DNA of 58,856 nucleotides, filler included, from Platydemus manokwari (Eukaryota): NCBI GenBank assembly GCA_037951405.1. It is 5 parts of 5 records of this genome, joined end to end, with 100 filler letters (N's around TTAATTAATTAA, not from the genome) between each part and the next. Parts side by side here need not be neighbours in the genome. Positions count along the whole stretch, not along the records: positions 1 to 10,397 come from JBBMOY011137328.1; positions 10,498 to 20,444 come from JBBMOY011186211.1; 3 more parts are not named here. One strand, 5' to 3'. Shown piece by piece: positions 1 to 11,602 of this stretch (position 1 is its first letter; each line of letters starts with the position of its first letter). The notes under the pieces were generated by a model. It saw only the letters and a program-made list of their open reading frames with translations, ran no database searches and was not told where the DNA came from. The position numbers and the translations under genes were made by a program.

Positions 1-599
1 TGAGCACTTTTAATATTCTTTGAAAATATACATTTTTGATCAAACAATAATAATTTTCTCTGAATTCAAATTGATAATAAAGATTAAAAGATTAAAAATT
101 TTACTTTTAATTATGATAATGCTATTTTTGGCTTTGATTTCACAAATTGTGAATGTAGATTATTATTCATTTGTTCTTTTCTTTAAGCTTTAAATACCAA
201 CATAAAATCCTGGTTTGTATCTGGGGGTTTAGTATACCCTGTGATATTTTAGATAATGATATACATCCATTCGTTAAACCAGAGGCGAAGAAAGTTTTTG
301 TGGTTGAAAAATATCTATGTGCTTTAGAGCCCACAGACAAACTTGGCGTTTGTGCCAAAAGACTTAATCCTCCAGTTCCTACCTCTAGCGCAATCACTGT
401 ATCGATTAGACTATATATTAGAACAGTATCCAACTCAACCATCATCTACAAGTTCGTCTGTTTATTCATTCAATTATCAAAATCGTTGGAAAATGTATAA
501 TTGTATCGCAAGGTACCCTTATTGTTAGAAGTTTAACTTTCCTTAAAATATCATTCAATTTTTATGGCGGGAGGGTGGGGGGATAATTTGAATTCAACA

Positions 600-1200
600 T
601 AAAACTAGCAAAATGCGTTGCGGTATTTATGTAAAGGAAGTTCAGTTAGTAAACGAAATCAGAAGAACACTACCAAGAAAACAATTAGGGATGTCATCTG
701 CATTGCATTTCTTTAAAAGGCAACAACTCAAATAATTTGAGCATGTAAAAGGACAGAACGAAGAAAATGCAATTCAAAGACTGGTAACAAATAGTTCAAA
801 ACAGAATACTTGATGGATGACCTAAATAAATACTATTAGACGGCACAATAAAGTGTTTTTTTTTATCTTGTTAGCAAATTATTACGAGGAATGATACTAA
901 TAAAATAATTGAAACAGAAATAAAAATAATGTAATAAAATCTTATGAATTTGAAATGTTTAGAATCCGAAACGGATGATGAATTTGTAGAAAAGATGATG
1001 AAAAAATTGGGTGTGATAACATGAGAGAAGTATAATTCTGAATTTCCTGTTCAATATGTTAGTGAAAAGGGAAGTTATATTGTAACAAAAGATGGAACTG
1101 CATTCCTGGATAATAATAGTAATGAGATAGAATATGTATGTATTAGCCCAAGTTCTTAACCTTTTTTGAGAACTCAAATAGATTTCAAAACCAAGGTTGT
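600..1200 (+). mobile_element. Possible highly decayed hAT-type transposase fragment
   Basis: Broken frames give CHLHCISLKGNNSNNL (BED-finger-like), ILDG* (cf. TDGW) and CNKRWNC (cf. TRWNS) in hAT order, with many stops. Weak. Confidence 0.25.
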
Positions 1201-1399
1201 TAATTTGGAAATTTAATTAAAAATCGGAAAAAAAATTTACATTTAGTAAAATAATGTATTACTTAAAGAATTAAATCAAATATTTGTAATTAATTTATTT
1301 ATATATTTCTTATTAAATCATCAAAGAGTAATCTTTGGGATTTTTAATGATTAATGTGATATTAACTGTTAAAGAAAGATCATCAATCAAAATTTGATA

Positions 1400-3765
1400 A
1401 CTAAAAATAGCCTTGATTTGAATTAAATAAAATGAAGATCAAGACGTGCATCCCAATATTCAAAACTTTAATGATCTAAATACCAATTAGATTATCAGGG
1501 TTTGAGTAGATTTTACCTATGTTATAAAAACGATACATTAAAAGTAAATATTTATAAAATTAGAAGAGAAAATTTTACAAATGAAACAAGAGTTTAAGAA
1601 AAAATTATAAGCTCACTGTAGAAAATTAAAAATAAATTGGGTAAAGTATATAATAGCCAGAAAGCCTAGTAACAATAGTCAGAAGAGAATATTGTGCATA
1701 CATGACGAAGAGGATAAAGCCGAATTTCAAACTGAAAGTGAAGCAAGTGATTGGGTTAGCTCACTTTGCATGGAAGACAAAAAAAACTGAGATCAACCTC
1801 CTGTGCCTATCTCGTTAGTGGGGTTGAGTCATTAGGACATATATATGTCAGCTAGAGATAGAATAGAAGTAAAGAAAAAAAGACGGCAAGAGGAAGAAAA
1901 AGCATTCACAGGTGTATCAGAAAGCAGATGGTAGACAGTGGAGTAAAATTGAATGCAACGGTACACATATTAAAATTTTATAAGATTCTGGTACATCAAT
2001 AACAGTAATGAACGAGAGCAATTGGAAGCGTATTGGAGAGTCGCAGATTACGAATTCTGACGTTCGATTGGATAGTGTATTCGCCAATACACACAAATCG
2101 TGTCTAGCGAAAATAAGGATCCCAATAGATTGGAACAACAAAATTCTAGTAATAGAGATAATTATAGTAAAAGAAATATCACCAGGATTTATCGGAGGAG
2201 TTGATATGATGAAGAATTGTGAAATATTCCTTGCAAGGATAAAATCAATTGATGCCAAAGATATGGTTAAGAAATACAGTGACCAAGACAGAATCGAAAT
2301 GACATTGAAGAGTATTGATGATAAGAACGACATTTCATTGAATAGGTTTAGAAAAGAAAATGGCTCAATTCTTATGGCTTCTCGGTTGGATTTGGGACTA
2401 ACCGAATTTGTGAAGCACGAGATCCGTACAAAGGGGGAACCTATTGCTCAAAACCCAGAAGGCAGACAATAAATTTAGAAACCAAAATTCATGAATTGAT
2501 AGAAAGTCTTCTGAAAAGTAATGTCATAACACCTTGCAAGAAAATCAAGGAAGCAATTAAATCTGGTTGCATCACTCAGTTGAGGTCGTTCTATGATTAT
2601 GTAATTATTACAGAAGATTTATCAAAGATTACGTATTAATTACGGCTCCTCCGCATATATGCTATGATGACTGGAAAGGACAAGAGATTGGAGTGGCGTG
2701 CAGAGTGTGCGGAAATTTTGGAAACCTTAAGGAACAATTATGCACCGCTCCGATTTTTGGCTTTCCGCATCTAAATAAAGAGATGATTTCAAACATCGAC
2801 GCTAGTTTCAGAGCGATGCCAGCTGGATGACAATGGAAAAGAAAGAGTAGTAGACTATGGTTTTAGAACTCTTAAAAGTCATAAAAAAGGTTATTGCGTT
2901 ACGAGAAAAAAGCTTTTGGCAATTCACGAGTTTACTATGCATTTTAAGCATTATTTGTTGGGAAAGAAATTTGTGACTTGCACTGATCACAAAGCCTTGA
3001 CATACATGAAGAAAACTAACAAACCGATAAGCCCTCAGTTTCAAACAAGGTTTGCAAACTTATCTGAATTCAATTTCGAACTGCAATATCGGAAAGGATC
3101 AGGCCATGAAAATGCAGATAAACTCTCAAGAATAGGCGAAGCATTTTGTTCACAATGCTTAACTTAGCACCAAGAAGGTAATTCAACAAGAAGATGGTTA
3201 GGGAAAGCAGAAACAAAAGTCAGTTCAGTGTATTTAACAGTTTAGAGAAATATGAATTGTTTGAAGATACGGTGGTATAATGAGATTTGTAAGAACCGAA
3301 TTGTGGTACCAGAAGTTCGCAGAAACTTACGAGATACCATCATGACGAGTTGTACCATATTGGTAATAAGAAATTTGTCGATTATTTTAAAATAATTTAC
3401 TTCTGGCCAAATATGTCTCTCGAAGCATTGATCATGAGGTACGGAATTGTGATATTTCTGCTAAACTGAAGTTATACACTGAACGGACTTAAGATGTTAT
3501 GATTATTATTTGGAAGGCAGTTCGAAAGATTTCTAATAAAGATATTCTGACAGAAAAATTCCGAATGAACAATGACTAAATCGCTTACCTAAATATGTAG
3601 AAACATAACAATTTTAATAACAATCAATAAAATTTTAAAGTTTCAGTAAGAATTGCGAGGTGCAAGCGGAGTTGACGAGAACAAGTCACGATTTTAGAAC
3701 CAGGAAAAGAAGAAGTTATTAGAGAAAGAATTTAACCGAAGAATTTGCAAGGACCATATCAGGTT
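1400..3765 (+). mobile_element. Degenerate, internally deleted Ty3/Gypsy retrotransposon pol (protease, RT thumb, RNase H, integrase ends)
   Basis: Protease KIL*DSGTSITVM (DSG at 1984-1992); pre-RT KHEIRTKGEPI; thumb LRSF..V/NYYRRFIKDY; RNase H IDAS...LLAIHEFTMHFKHYLLGKKFVTCTDHKAL; integrase zinc-finger region H..LYHIG...YFWPNM; GPY motif at 3751-3759. RT and integrase cores are deleted; stops and frameshifts throughout. The 5' boundary is approximate. Confidence 0.9.
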
Positions 3766-3800
3766 AAGATTTTTTTTATTATAAACTCATAATTGTTTAT

Positions 3801-3961
3801 TTATTCGAGGAAGACGTATTCCCGAATAATAGTTTGTTAGTGTATTTAGTAATTGTGAATCGTGTTAGAATATTTGCAGATAGTGTATCCCGAATATTGG
3901 TATACCAATAAAAGAAGAGTATTAGTTTTGTGATATTCGTGGACAGTGCCTCCCGAATATC
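3801..3961. repeat. Three related stem-loops at ~65-bp spacing downstream of the Gypsy integrase
   Basis: ttattcg-a-ggaa-gacgta-ttcc-cgaataa (3801-3829); aatatttg-c-agata-gtg-tatcc-cgaatatt (3869-3898); gatattcg-t-gga-cagtgcc-tcc-cgaatatc (3932-3961). Confidence 0.75.
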
Positions 3962-5022
3962 GATATTAGTATAGAGTAATTGTATTAACCTTCCGTAACC
4001 CGTTACGCACGCTGGTATTGTAGTATCGGCCAGGAGTAGTCCTCGGCCAGTAATTCAATTTGGTGAACGGACTTGATTCGTATTTGTTGACAGAACTTCA
4101 GTAGGGGCTAGGCCCTTGTGAAACGAAATCAAAGTTGTAAATTCTGTAGAAATATAACTTAGTGAGCAACAACTTTGTTTTGATTTTTAGAGTCAGGAGA
4201 TTTCGAGGATTGTTATCTTAAGATACTGTTAAAACTATGTCCAACATATAAAGTTTGTTTAGATTCAAAACGATATCAATAGATTTATTTTGTCATATGA
4301 ATTGTGAATTTATCGACTTTCTGATGAAATTTTGATAACATGTAAAAATTTTAAAAAATAATATATATAATTTAAAAACATTTACTTTTTTGTTGGCTAA
4401 TTTCAGTTCCTTTCAAATACTTTCAATATTATGTAATTGCAAATTACAGACAGTAATTAGATAGTATTCTATGACTTATCTGGCCATAATACATTTAAGT
4501 GAATTTTAATATTCATTGCCAATTATAGATATATAATAAAATAATAAATAATAAAAAACTAAACAAAATTTATTCAAATATACAATCGAAATTCATCGAA
4601 TTTATCAAAGTAAATTTCATAGAACTAAATCAATAACACATTCCACATCAATTGCTTTATCAAGAATATTAATCATTTATCGTATATAATGATATGTAAT
4701 AGATTAATATAAAAATAATGATAAACCAAATTAAATTTCATTCTAAATATATTTTATAAATTAATAAAGGAAACGTTATAAATCAATAAAATGAAAGTGA
4801 ACTTGTTGAATTATTATTTAATTGTATATTTACAAATTTTGATATTATCATATTTATATAATTTTAATATTTTAATGAAATATTTGCATATTTTTTAATA
4901 TTTTTTATATTATTTTATATTTCCTCATATTCGGTAATTAAATAGATGAAATGAGAAATCAATTTTTTGATATTTTTCTTGGATATTAAATAGATTTTCA
5001 TAATAATTTATTACTTTTTTGT

Positions 5023-5361
5023 TCATTGATTTTTCCATTTGCAAAAATTATATGTGCAGCAAAACATTGAATCCATTTTACTAATGATTTCAACTGTGCA
5101 TTTCGACGAGCAATACTTGTTAATGAAATTCAGCGCTGTCTCATTTATCGTTTTGATCGTTGTGACGCAGAATGAGCAATTTGTTTGATATGAAATTGTT
5201 GCGTCATTATCTTCGCAATTATCACACACAATACAACTGATTTTTCTTGATGAAACTGGAGCTATATTTAAAAATTAATTTCACTAAAGGGGTGAATTTA
5301 TTTAAATATATTTACAAATAATGATCAAAACACCAAAATATAAACTAATAAATAAGGACAT
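5023..5361 (-). CDS. Secreted three-finger (Ly6/uPAR, LU-domain) protein, 94 aa, 2 exons
   Basis: Exon 1 5361-5316 (signal MSLFISLYFGVLIII), 54-nt GT..AG intron, exon 2 5261-5023. Gives ...SPVSSRKISCIVCDNC...NCSFC...YCSSKC...FCCTYNFCKWKNQ*, a 10-Cys LU pattern with no hydrophobic GPI tail. Confidence 0.85.
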
Positions 5362-5512
5362 TGTTATAAAATAATATATATTATAATTAATGACAACTGA
5401 CCTGTCATTGAAATGATTTAAATTAAATAGTAAAGTTAATATTTTACAAAAAAGCGAAACTAGTAGAATTTTTATATTTAGTTTTTCTATTGAAAATGAG
5501 AATAATGCCACA

Positions 5513-5769
5513 TTATAAATTATAACCTTTAAATGTTCCTGGGGTTTTTTCGTTGCAGAAATCGGTGTTACAACAAAATAATCTTTTAACTTTTAATTGA
5601 GGACATTTCACTGAACAAGACCTCGAGGTAAATCTTTCATCAAAGTAAAGTAAATTGCTATTCATCATCGAGACACACAGCGAGCAATTTGTATTAATTT
5701 GTATATATTGTATCGCTTGACTACAGTTTTGACAAATTCTGCAATTGATTTTTCTGTTAGTTGGATAAT
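5513..5769 (-). CDS. Second LU/three-finger domain exon (tandem paralog); signal exon not resolved
   Basis: After acceptor tttcag: YPTNRKINCRICQNC...NCSLC...SCSVKC...FCCNTDFCNEKTPGTFKGYNL*, with 10 Cys and a canonical CCxxDxCN. Absent from the ORF track. Confidence 0.8.
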
Positions 5770-6497
5770 CTGAAACAATATTAATCTCAACAAGTATTCT
5801 AAAAATGCATACCGCAACTTAAAAATTTTAATTTTAGATAATTTTATTATATATCAGAAATTTACCAATCATACTCATGAAATATCTTTGTTTAAAAAAC
5901 TCATTACTTGTATTTTTAATTGTGTATCAAATATGTATGTCCTAAATGTATTTCACAATTTTCTCTCTATTAGAATAATGAAAATAACCAATAAATTTCA
6001 TTAAATGTAATTATAAAATATAAATAACTATCAATTGCATTTTAAAATGCCTACTATAGTTTAAATCATTTATTATAACTTGATTTTGTTAAAAAATTTA
6101 TAGATTCTTCTAAAGTCCTTTTCTTGTGTCGCATCATGCTTATAAATTTCTTTTTATTTTTGTGTAAATTATTTAATAGCCTTTACTACCACATTTAATA
6201 TTCGAATTATTCTGATACTTATTTTTTTATGTGTGTATTTAAATCAATATTTCATCAATAATAAGGAGAAGATTCGAAGTTAGTTGCAGCTAATATAACT
6301 TCAGATATTTATGATGATTTTAGTTTTTTTCTCCTTTGTAACTAATGGCTTATTATTGGTTTTACAAATAAAAATTAAGACCTATGTTTTTGTTATCAAC
6401 ATCAACAAAAATAAATTTTGAAACAAATCGATAATTGATGATTACTTTATTTATTAAATAATTCAAACAAAATATCAAATTATCATATATTAAATTT

Positions 6498-6905
6498 TTA
6501 GTTTTTATTTCCTTTGCATGGTGAGACGTAAATAATCTTGCCATTTGCTAGAGCGGGTGATGCTCTGAATAAACAAAATCATTAAAACATTAAAACAAAA
6601 TCATCATCTCATCATTACTCTAAACATGAATACGAAGGTAACTCCACTCCGTCTTTCGATGCTTTGTAATTACAAACCATACATTTTACTCCCGTACCGA
6701 TTTCAATTACTCCATCTTTATCAGCAGGGATTATTTTACCATTGATGTTCACAAATGGTTTTCCTAACAGAAATTTTTTATATTATTTCACAAACTATGT
6801 CTACAAAAAATCTATGAAATTACCATCTTTGAAATATCCTTTCCCATTCGGCGTCGATCCAAGAGTCACACCAATCAAACACAAACAAATCACAATCGAT
6901 TTCAT
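6498..6905 (-). CDS. Small secreted Cys-containing protein, 97 aa, 3 exons
   Basis: Exons 6905-6824, 6763-6619 and 6564-6498 joined by 60- and 54-nt GT..AG introns in consistent phase: MKSIVICLCLIGVTLGSTPNGKGYFKDGKPFVNINGKIIPADKDGVIEIGTGVKCMVCNYKASKDGVELPSYSCLEASPALANGKIIYVSPCKGNKN*. AATAAA lies ~45 nt after the stop. Confidence 0.8.
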
Positions 6906-9119
6906 TTTCACAGATATTTTTCTTTGGAGTCTCAATAATACGGATTTGTATTTATAAGTGAATATAAATCTGAAGGATGTGTTGGAAAAGCCACTCAAAA
7001 TGTCAAAACGTAGGTCAACAATGGTTCATTGAAACAAAAGTCAACACATGATTCAGTAGATGACCTGGATAAGACTTTATTGTGTTGTGATTTGAATTAA
7101 TATTGTCTAAATATCTTATTATCACTTTTCCATCTGTAATGGATCTGAAGGAAAATTTAGATTGGTTAATGTAGATGAAATAATTGGGTGTTCGCAATAA
7201 ATTATAACAATTATTTCTGTTGAATGTTTGCAATTCAAAATATTATTATCAAAACAACCTTTTGATTGGTTCATTATATTCGGTAATAAAATGATTACAA
7301 ATAATTCGTAAATGGCTGGCGATGCTCTTTGTGAAAAATATTTATCTGCAAAATAATGACTTCAATGCTTTACAGATTTAGTTTTTAAAAGTAAATATCG
7401 ATTTGCATAATTTTATTGATGCTTTTATAATGTTTCAGGGCAACATAATGAGTGAAAATTAATGTATCGGTTAGATAATAGTATGTATTGTAGTGATGAT
7501 TATGAATGCATCTAGTGTCCTATTGAATCACTGCTTGACGGGTTTTCAGTAACCAATGAGGTTTCTTAAGGTCACCTTTCTTTCATATCGAGTACCTACA
7601 AAAACTTATGTGTCTCTATAATTAATTATCTTTATGGTGGTCTATTTGAATATCGATAATATTAAACAAAAATGTAAAGTAAAAGCCGAATCTTCAATGA
7701 TTTGTTTTGTTGCCTTTTGTATTGTACATATTCATTACTGCTGTGAAAATGATGTTTTCGAATTAAATCGATCAATATTCATAAAATCGATTTTTTTACA
7801 TGTGGCTTAACTTTGATTGTCTTTTATTTACCTACAATTTATCAAATAATATCTTTCATTACTGTCATTTGATGGGTAACTCGATAATTGACTTGATCCA
7901 CCTTTATATTCAACTTTTTAATTTTAAAGGTCAGATTTAATTTCTGAGATTAATTTCTTAAATATTATTGGCCACTGACCAGATGTGTGCTGTCCTGCGA
8001 ACTGAAACTGATGTCCATTTTATTAAATATAAAACTCACAAATCCGATTAATTAATGTTCCGTTTAGGACTTCGTTGGCACATAATATATGTCCCCTAAG
8101 TTTCAAACACTACTCATCTCGTTTAAATTATTATATTTTATTAAATTATCTTCTCTGTTCAGACTCAATTCGTTACAAAACCGAGATTCAATGATATTCT
8201 GGCTTTATTTTATATAATTTTTAAGCTTGTGCATTGAGGATGATTGAGTAAAATGAGATGAGTTAATTTTACGGCTTACATGTTAAATTCGATTTCACGG
8301 GTTACATTTGACATGTAGGTTACAATGACTGTTATTAATTACGAATCAATATCCATCTCACAAACAAATACGAATCTAAAGCTCGATATGATAATCTTCA
8401 GCAGATTGTAATATGCTAAATTCAAGTACATGTTAAGTGATGAAACAAAGTTCAAATGATTTCAACATAAAATAAACTTGATATGAATTTGAGTGCTAAC
8501 ATAAGTTGCTACCAAATTTTAAGTGCCAAATTAACGAGCTGAAATAAGGTTTTAAAATAAAATGCTACTATAAAGTGGTATTATTTATTATTATTTTAAT
8601 TTGACTTCACTGATTATTTACATCTAGTTTGATTTTAAAATCGATTTAGGATTGCGTAGTAATTGTCACAATTGATTCTCTGTGAATTCACATGATGGAT
8701 TATAAGATTCCTATGAAAATTACCAATATCAAGACAACGTTATTTGATTATTCATCTTTAGTATTTTCGGTTTTTCAAGTCATTACTTTTAACAAATTTT
8801 ATCATCAACATTTCTCTACAAATTATCGTTACAATTATTACCGGCATTATTTTATTGACATAATTCGTATATATATTAAAAATTCGATATTACAAAAAAA
8901 TACACACTAATTACAGAAAATTCAATAAATCACACTTATAAAAAATTGCATTTTAATATTTATTAAATTCTTAATATTTTAATATAATTCCTAATTTATT
9001 CACTGCAGAATAAAAAATAAGCCCGATAATGAAGCGTATAAATGTATATATCAGGAGATTTTATAAATAAAAATAAACACATTGCACACATTTTATTACA
9101 CATTTTTTATACAAAAAAA

Positions 9120-10026
9120 TCATTTTATTCGATTAGATTCGAACAAAGTTTCAAGATCTCTATGTAAATCTTTATTTTGTAAAACGACTCTCCATCGATC
9201 TTTTATGTTGACATTTGTTCTGGATGAATTTCTAAAATATTTCTCTTTTATTGTTGTCCATGTAAGTCCTTCTTGAATGCCTTTATAAATCAAATACGTC
9301 TCATCCATGGTCCATTTAGAGCGAAAATCTAGAAGAACCGATTCTCATTGATTTTGTGAGAAATTGTTGAGTAATTCTTATAATTACAATCGGAAGAAAA
9401 AAAGTATATAGGAAATGGAAAATGAAATTCACCAATAGAGATCGAGGTATCGGTAAATATTTTCATTTATATCATATCATGAATAAAACAATGTGTATGA
9501 TGTAAGGTTTTGGATTATTTTTAACTAGAGTTAGAAAATACAATTTTTTAAGCAAAAGTTGTCAAAAAGTGAAACTATCAAAAACAGATTTGTATTTTGA
9601 TGGGTTGCGGCATAATAAAATAGGGGTTAGATCAGAATAAAATGTCAATAATAAATTATAATTTAAAATATATATAATAATTAAATTTAAAACAATGAGG
9701 CCTAATTGATTATAAATTATATAAAACTAGTTTTATCTAAAATTATTGATTTTATTTTAATATATTTTTCGATAAAATTTTCAAAAATCTATTTAAATTT
9801 AATGGATTTCATTAGCAATGATTTATTTGCGTAAGAGATGATATGATAATAAGGAACCAAAACACAATTACAACAGGCACACATGATATGAATGAGTAAT
9901 CTCTCAAATATTGATATAAGAAATCAAATAATAATCGATGATATTTTAAAAATATTATCAAAAAATATTGAATTCTAATAGTATTAGTATTACTTGGTAA
10001 CATAGAACCGCGGACTGTGTCAGAAC
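9120..10026 (-). CDS. 3' exons of a telobox Myb-domain protein (telomere repeat-binding factor, TRF-like)
   Basis: 33-nt exon 10026-9994 (SDTVRGSMLP) splices in phase 1 to terminal exon 9328-9120: NFRSKWTMDETYLIYKGIQEGLTWTTIKEKYFRNSSRTNVNIKDRWR... This is W..W..W Myb spacing with the telobox signature RTxVx(L/I)KDRWR at the C-terminus. Upstream exons were not located. Confidence 0.85.
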
Positions 10027-10210
10027 CTAAAATAACACAATATAGAACATGATTCGTGATGGAGAAAAGTGATAAATGCCTTATTATATTAATTAATTCC
10101 TTATAATTTAATTTTGAAAAATCATTTTGTTAATTTAATGAATTAATAAAAATGGATTTTAAATCATTATTTTTTTAATTTTCACAGAATTTCCATTTTA
10201 AAATTATAAT

Positions 10211-10397
10211 TACAGTAAAATGCCGAGTATAAGCTGCAGCGCGTAATAGCTGCAGATGACATTTTTATAAAAATGTATTTTTAGTCGTATAAACTACAGC
10301 ACGTTTAGCTGCACCATGTGCGTTAAAAACACATGATTTTAAAATCAGCAATCTATCATTAAAAAACAAATTTCACCGTGACAATAACCATTTTCTT
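10211..10397 (+). mobile_element. Probable Tc2/pogo-type DNA transposon end, truncated by the gap
   Basis: TA followed by CAGTAAAATGCCGAGTATAAGCTGCA, with repeated AGCTGCA subterminal motifs resembling Tc2/pogo-class termini. Confidence 0.35.
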
Positions 10398-10497
10398 NNN
10401 NNNNNNNNNNNNNNNNNNNNNNNNNNNNNNNNNNNNNNNNNTTAATTAATTAANNNNNNNNNNNNNNNNNNNNNNNNNNNNNNNNNNNNNNNNNNNN
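10398..10497. other. Assembly gap with TTAATTAATTAA linker
   Basis: 44 N + 12-nt all-frame-stop linker + 44 N. Confidence 0.98.
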
Positions 10498-11602
10498 CTA
10501 TAATAAAGTATTGTTATCATATTATTGTTATTCTTATTCATATTATTATATAACTCATTACACGCAACCTATTAATCTGTGAAGTTTCAGATATTGGTGG
10601 AAACATCAATCTCTAGCTCACAGCCTCTCACTTAAATATATAGTTAATTATCGATTGAAAAATCGTTGATTCACTATCAAATCATCACCAAACAAGTTTC
10701 CATCAGTTTACTGAGTTTAAACTAGCTGTATTAACTCGCATAATCTATCACCAAATACTACTTAGCACTAGGCTAGTAAAATTCCATCAAATTTGGTGAG
10801 CCCGACGTGATTCAAATCATTCGGGTTATAACATAGAGCTTCCTGAAGCAATAATTAAATAGGTATTACAAGACTTTCTAAACTTCACACGTTAATTAAT
10901 TACCCGAGGTCAATAATATAATTATCATTCTATCTACTGTTCGCTCATCATAAAGTGACAGCAGTACGTCTGATTTCGAACGAAATCTCAACCAAGATAA
11001 TTCATTGACGAAAGCAAAATGCAGACAAGCATGTCGGAGAATTTGCTCAGCAACTACTTCTTCTCGCTGAACGGGCGTTTGGTGAACGATCACAAAATAA
11101 AATATGAAGGATCATCTATGAGAAGGATTCCTTCTCCATGACAGAGCTGCACTCAGCTTACACATGGTTGACGACTTCGATGATCTCGCCCAAAAAGCTA
11201 GATTGGTCGAAATGAGTTCAGAAGACGGGGTTACTCATATGTTCACCATACGAAAAACCACGAGCCACTGGTGGTCAAAACAAAGATAAGCAACCAAAGA
11301 AATATAAACAGGCTAATCCAAAGAAGGGATCCAGTCACAATAGAATGTGCCAAATCTACCATAGACTGAACCACGGAACTCGTGATTGCAAAGCAACCAC
11401 AAATACAAATGGTGAGAAAATAAAGTGTCAAAGATATAGTTTAGACAAAACCACAAAACAAGTTAATGCAACAGAACTGGATCAAGGTATGATAATTGCG
11501 GTAGAACCGGATACATCCAATCAATATGGAGAGCCAAGAATAACATTTCTCATTTTAGTGCACCTCTCCATGTCCACATCTGACAAGACTTCGTTCGAGT
11601 AG
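10498..11602 (+). mobile_element. 5' part of a decayed LTR retrotransposon (LTR remnant, PBS, gag)
   Basis: Putative LTR end ...CCATCA followed by a PBS; gag motif KHVGEFAQQLLLLAERAFG; zinc knuckle CQIYHRLNHGTRDC (CX2CX4HX4C with one C>Y). No pol follows. Confidence 0.8.
10794..10811 (+). promoter_or_regulatory. Primer-binding site complementary to the tRNA-Trp 3' end
   Basis: TGGTGAGCCCGACGTGAT, 17/18 match to the classical tRNA-Trp PBS TGGTGACCCCGACGTGAT, placed between LTR end and gag. Confidence 0.8.

Noticed and set aside
167-528. Three overlapping ORFs at the window start
   Set aside because: No recognisable motif or consistent splice model; cannot choose a strand.
1917-3044. Minus-strand ORFs 1917-2333 and 2808-3044
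   Set aside because: Antisense shadows of the Gypsy pol remnant.
3932-3961. Iron-responsive element (CAGTGC loop)
   Set aside because: The five bases flanking CAGTGC (GTGGA/CTCCC) do not form the required upper stem, and the sister hairpins lack the loop.
4095-4125. Hammerhead ribozyme (stem followed by GAAAC)
   Set aside because: No CTGANGA core 5' of the stem. Other CTGATGA sites (4321, 24652, 38926, 45141) lack convincing stems I-III.
7930-8100. Possible small spliced minus-strand gene (GHILCANEVLNGTLINRI|gtgagt)
   Set aside because: Good donor site but no start exon or recognisable product.
10442-10453. TTAATTAATTAA palindrome recurring four times
   Set aside because: Always centred in 100-bp N blocks; an artificial scaffolding linker.
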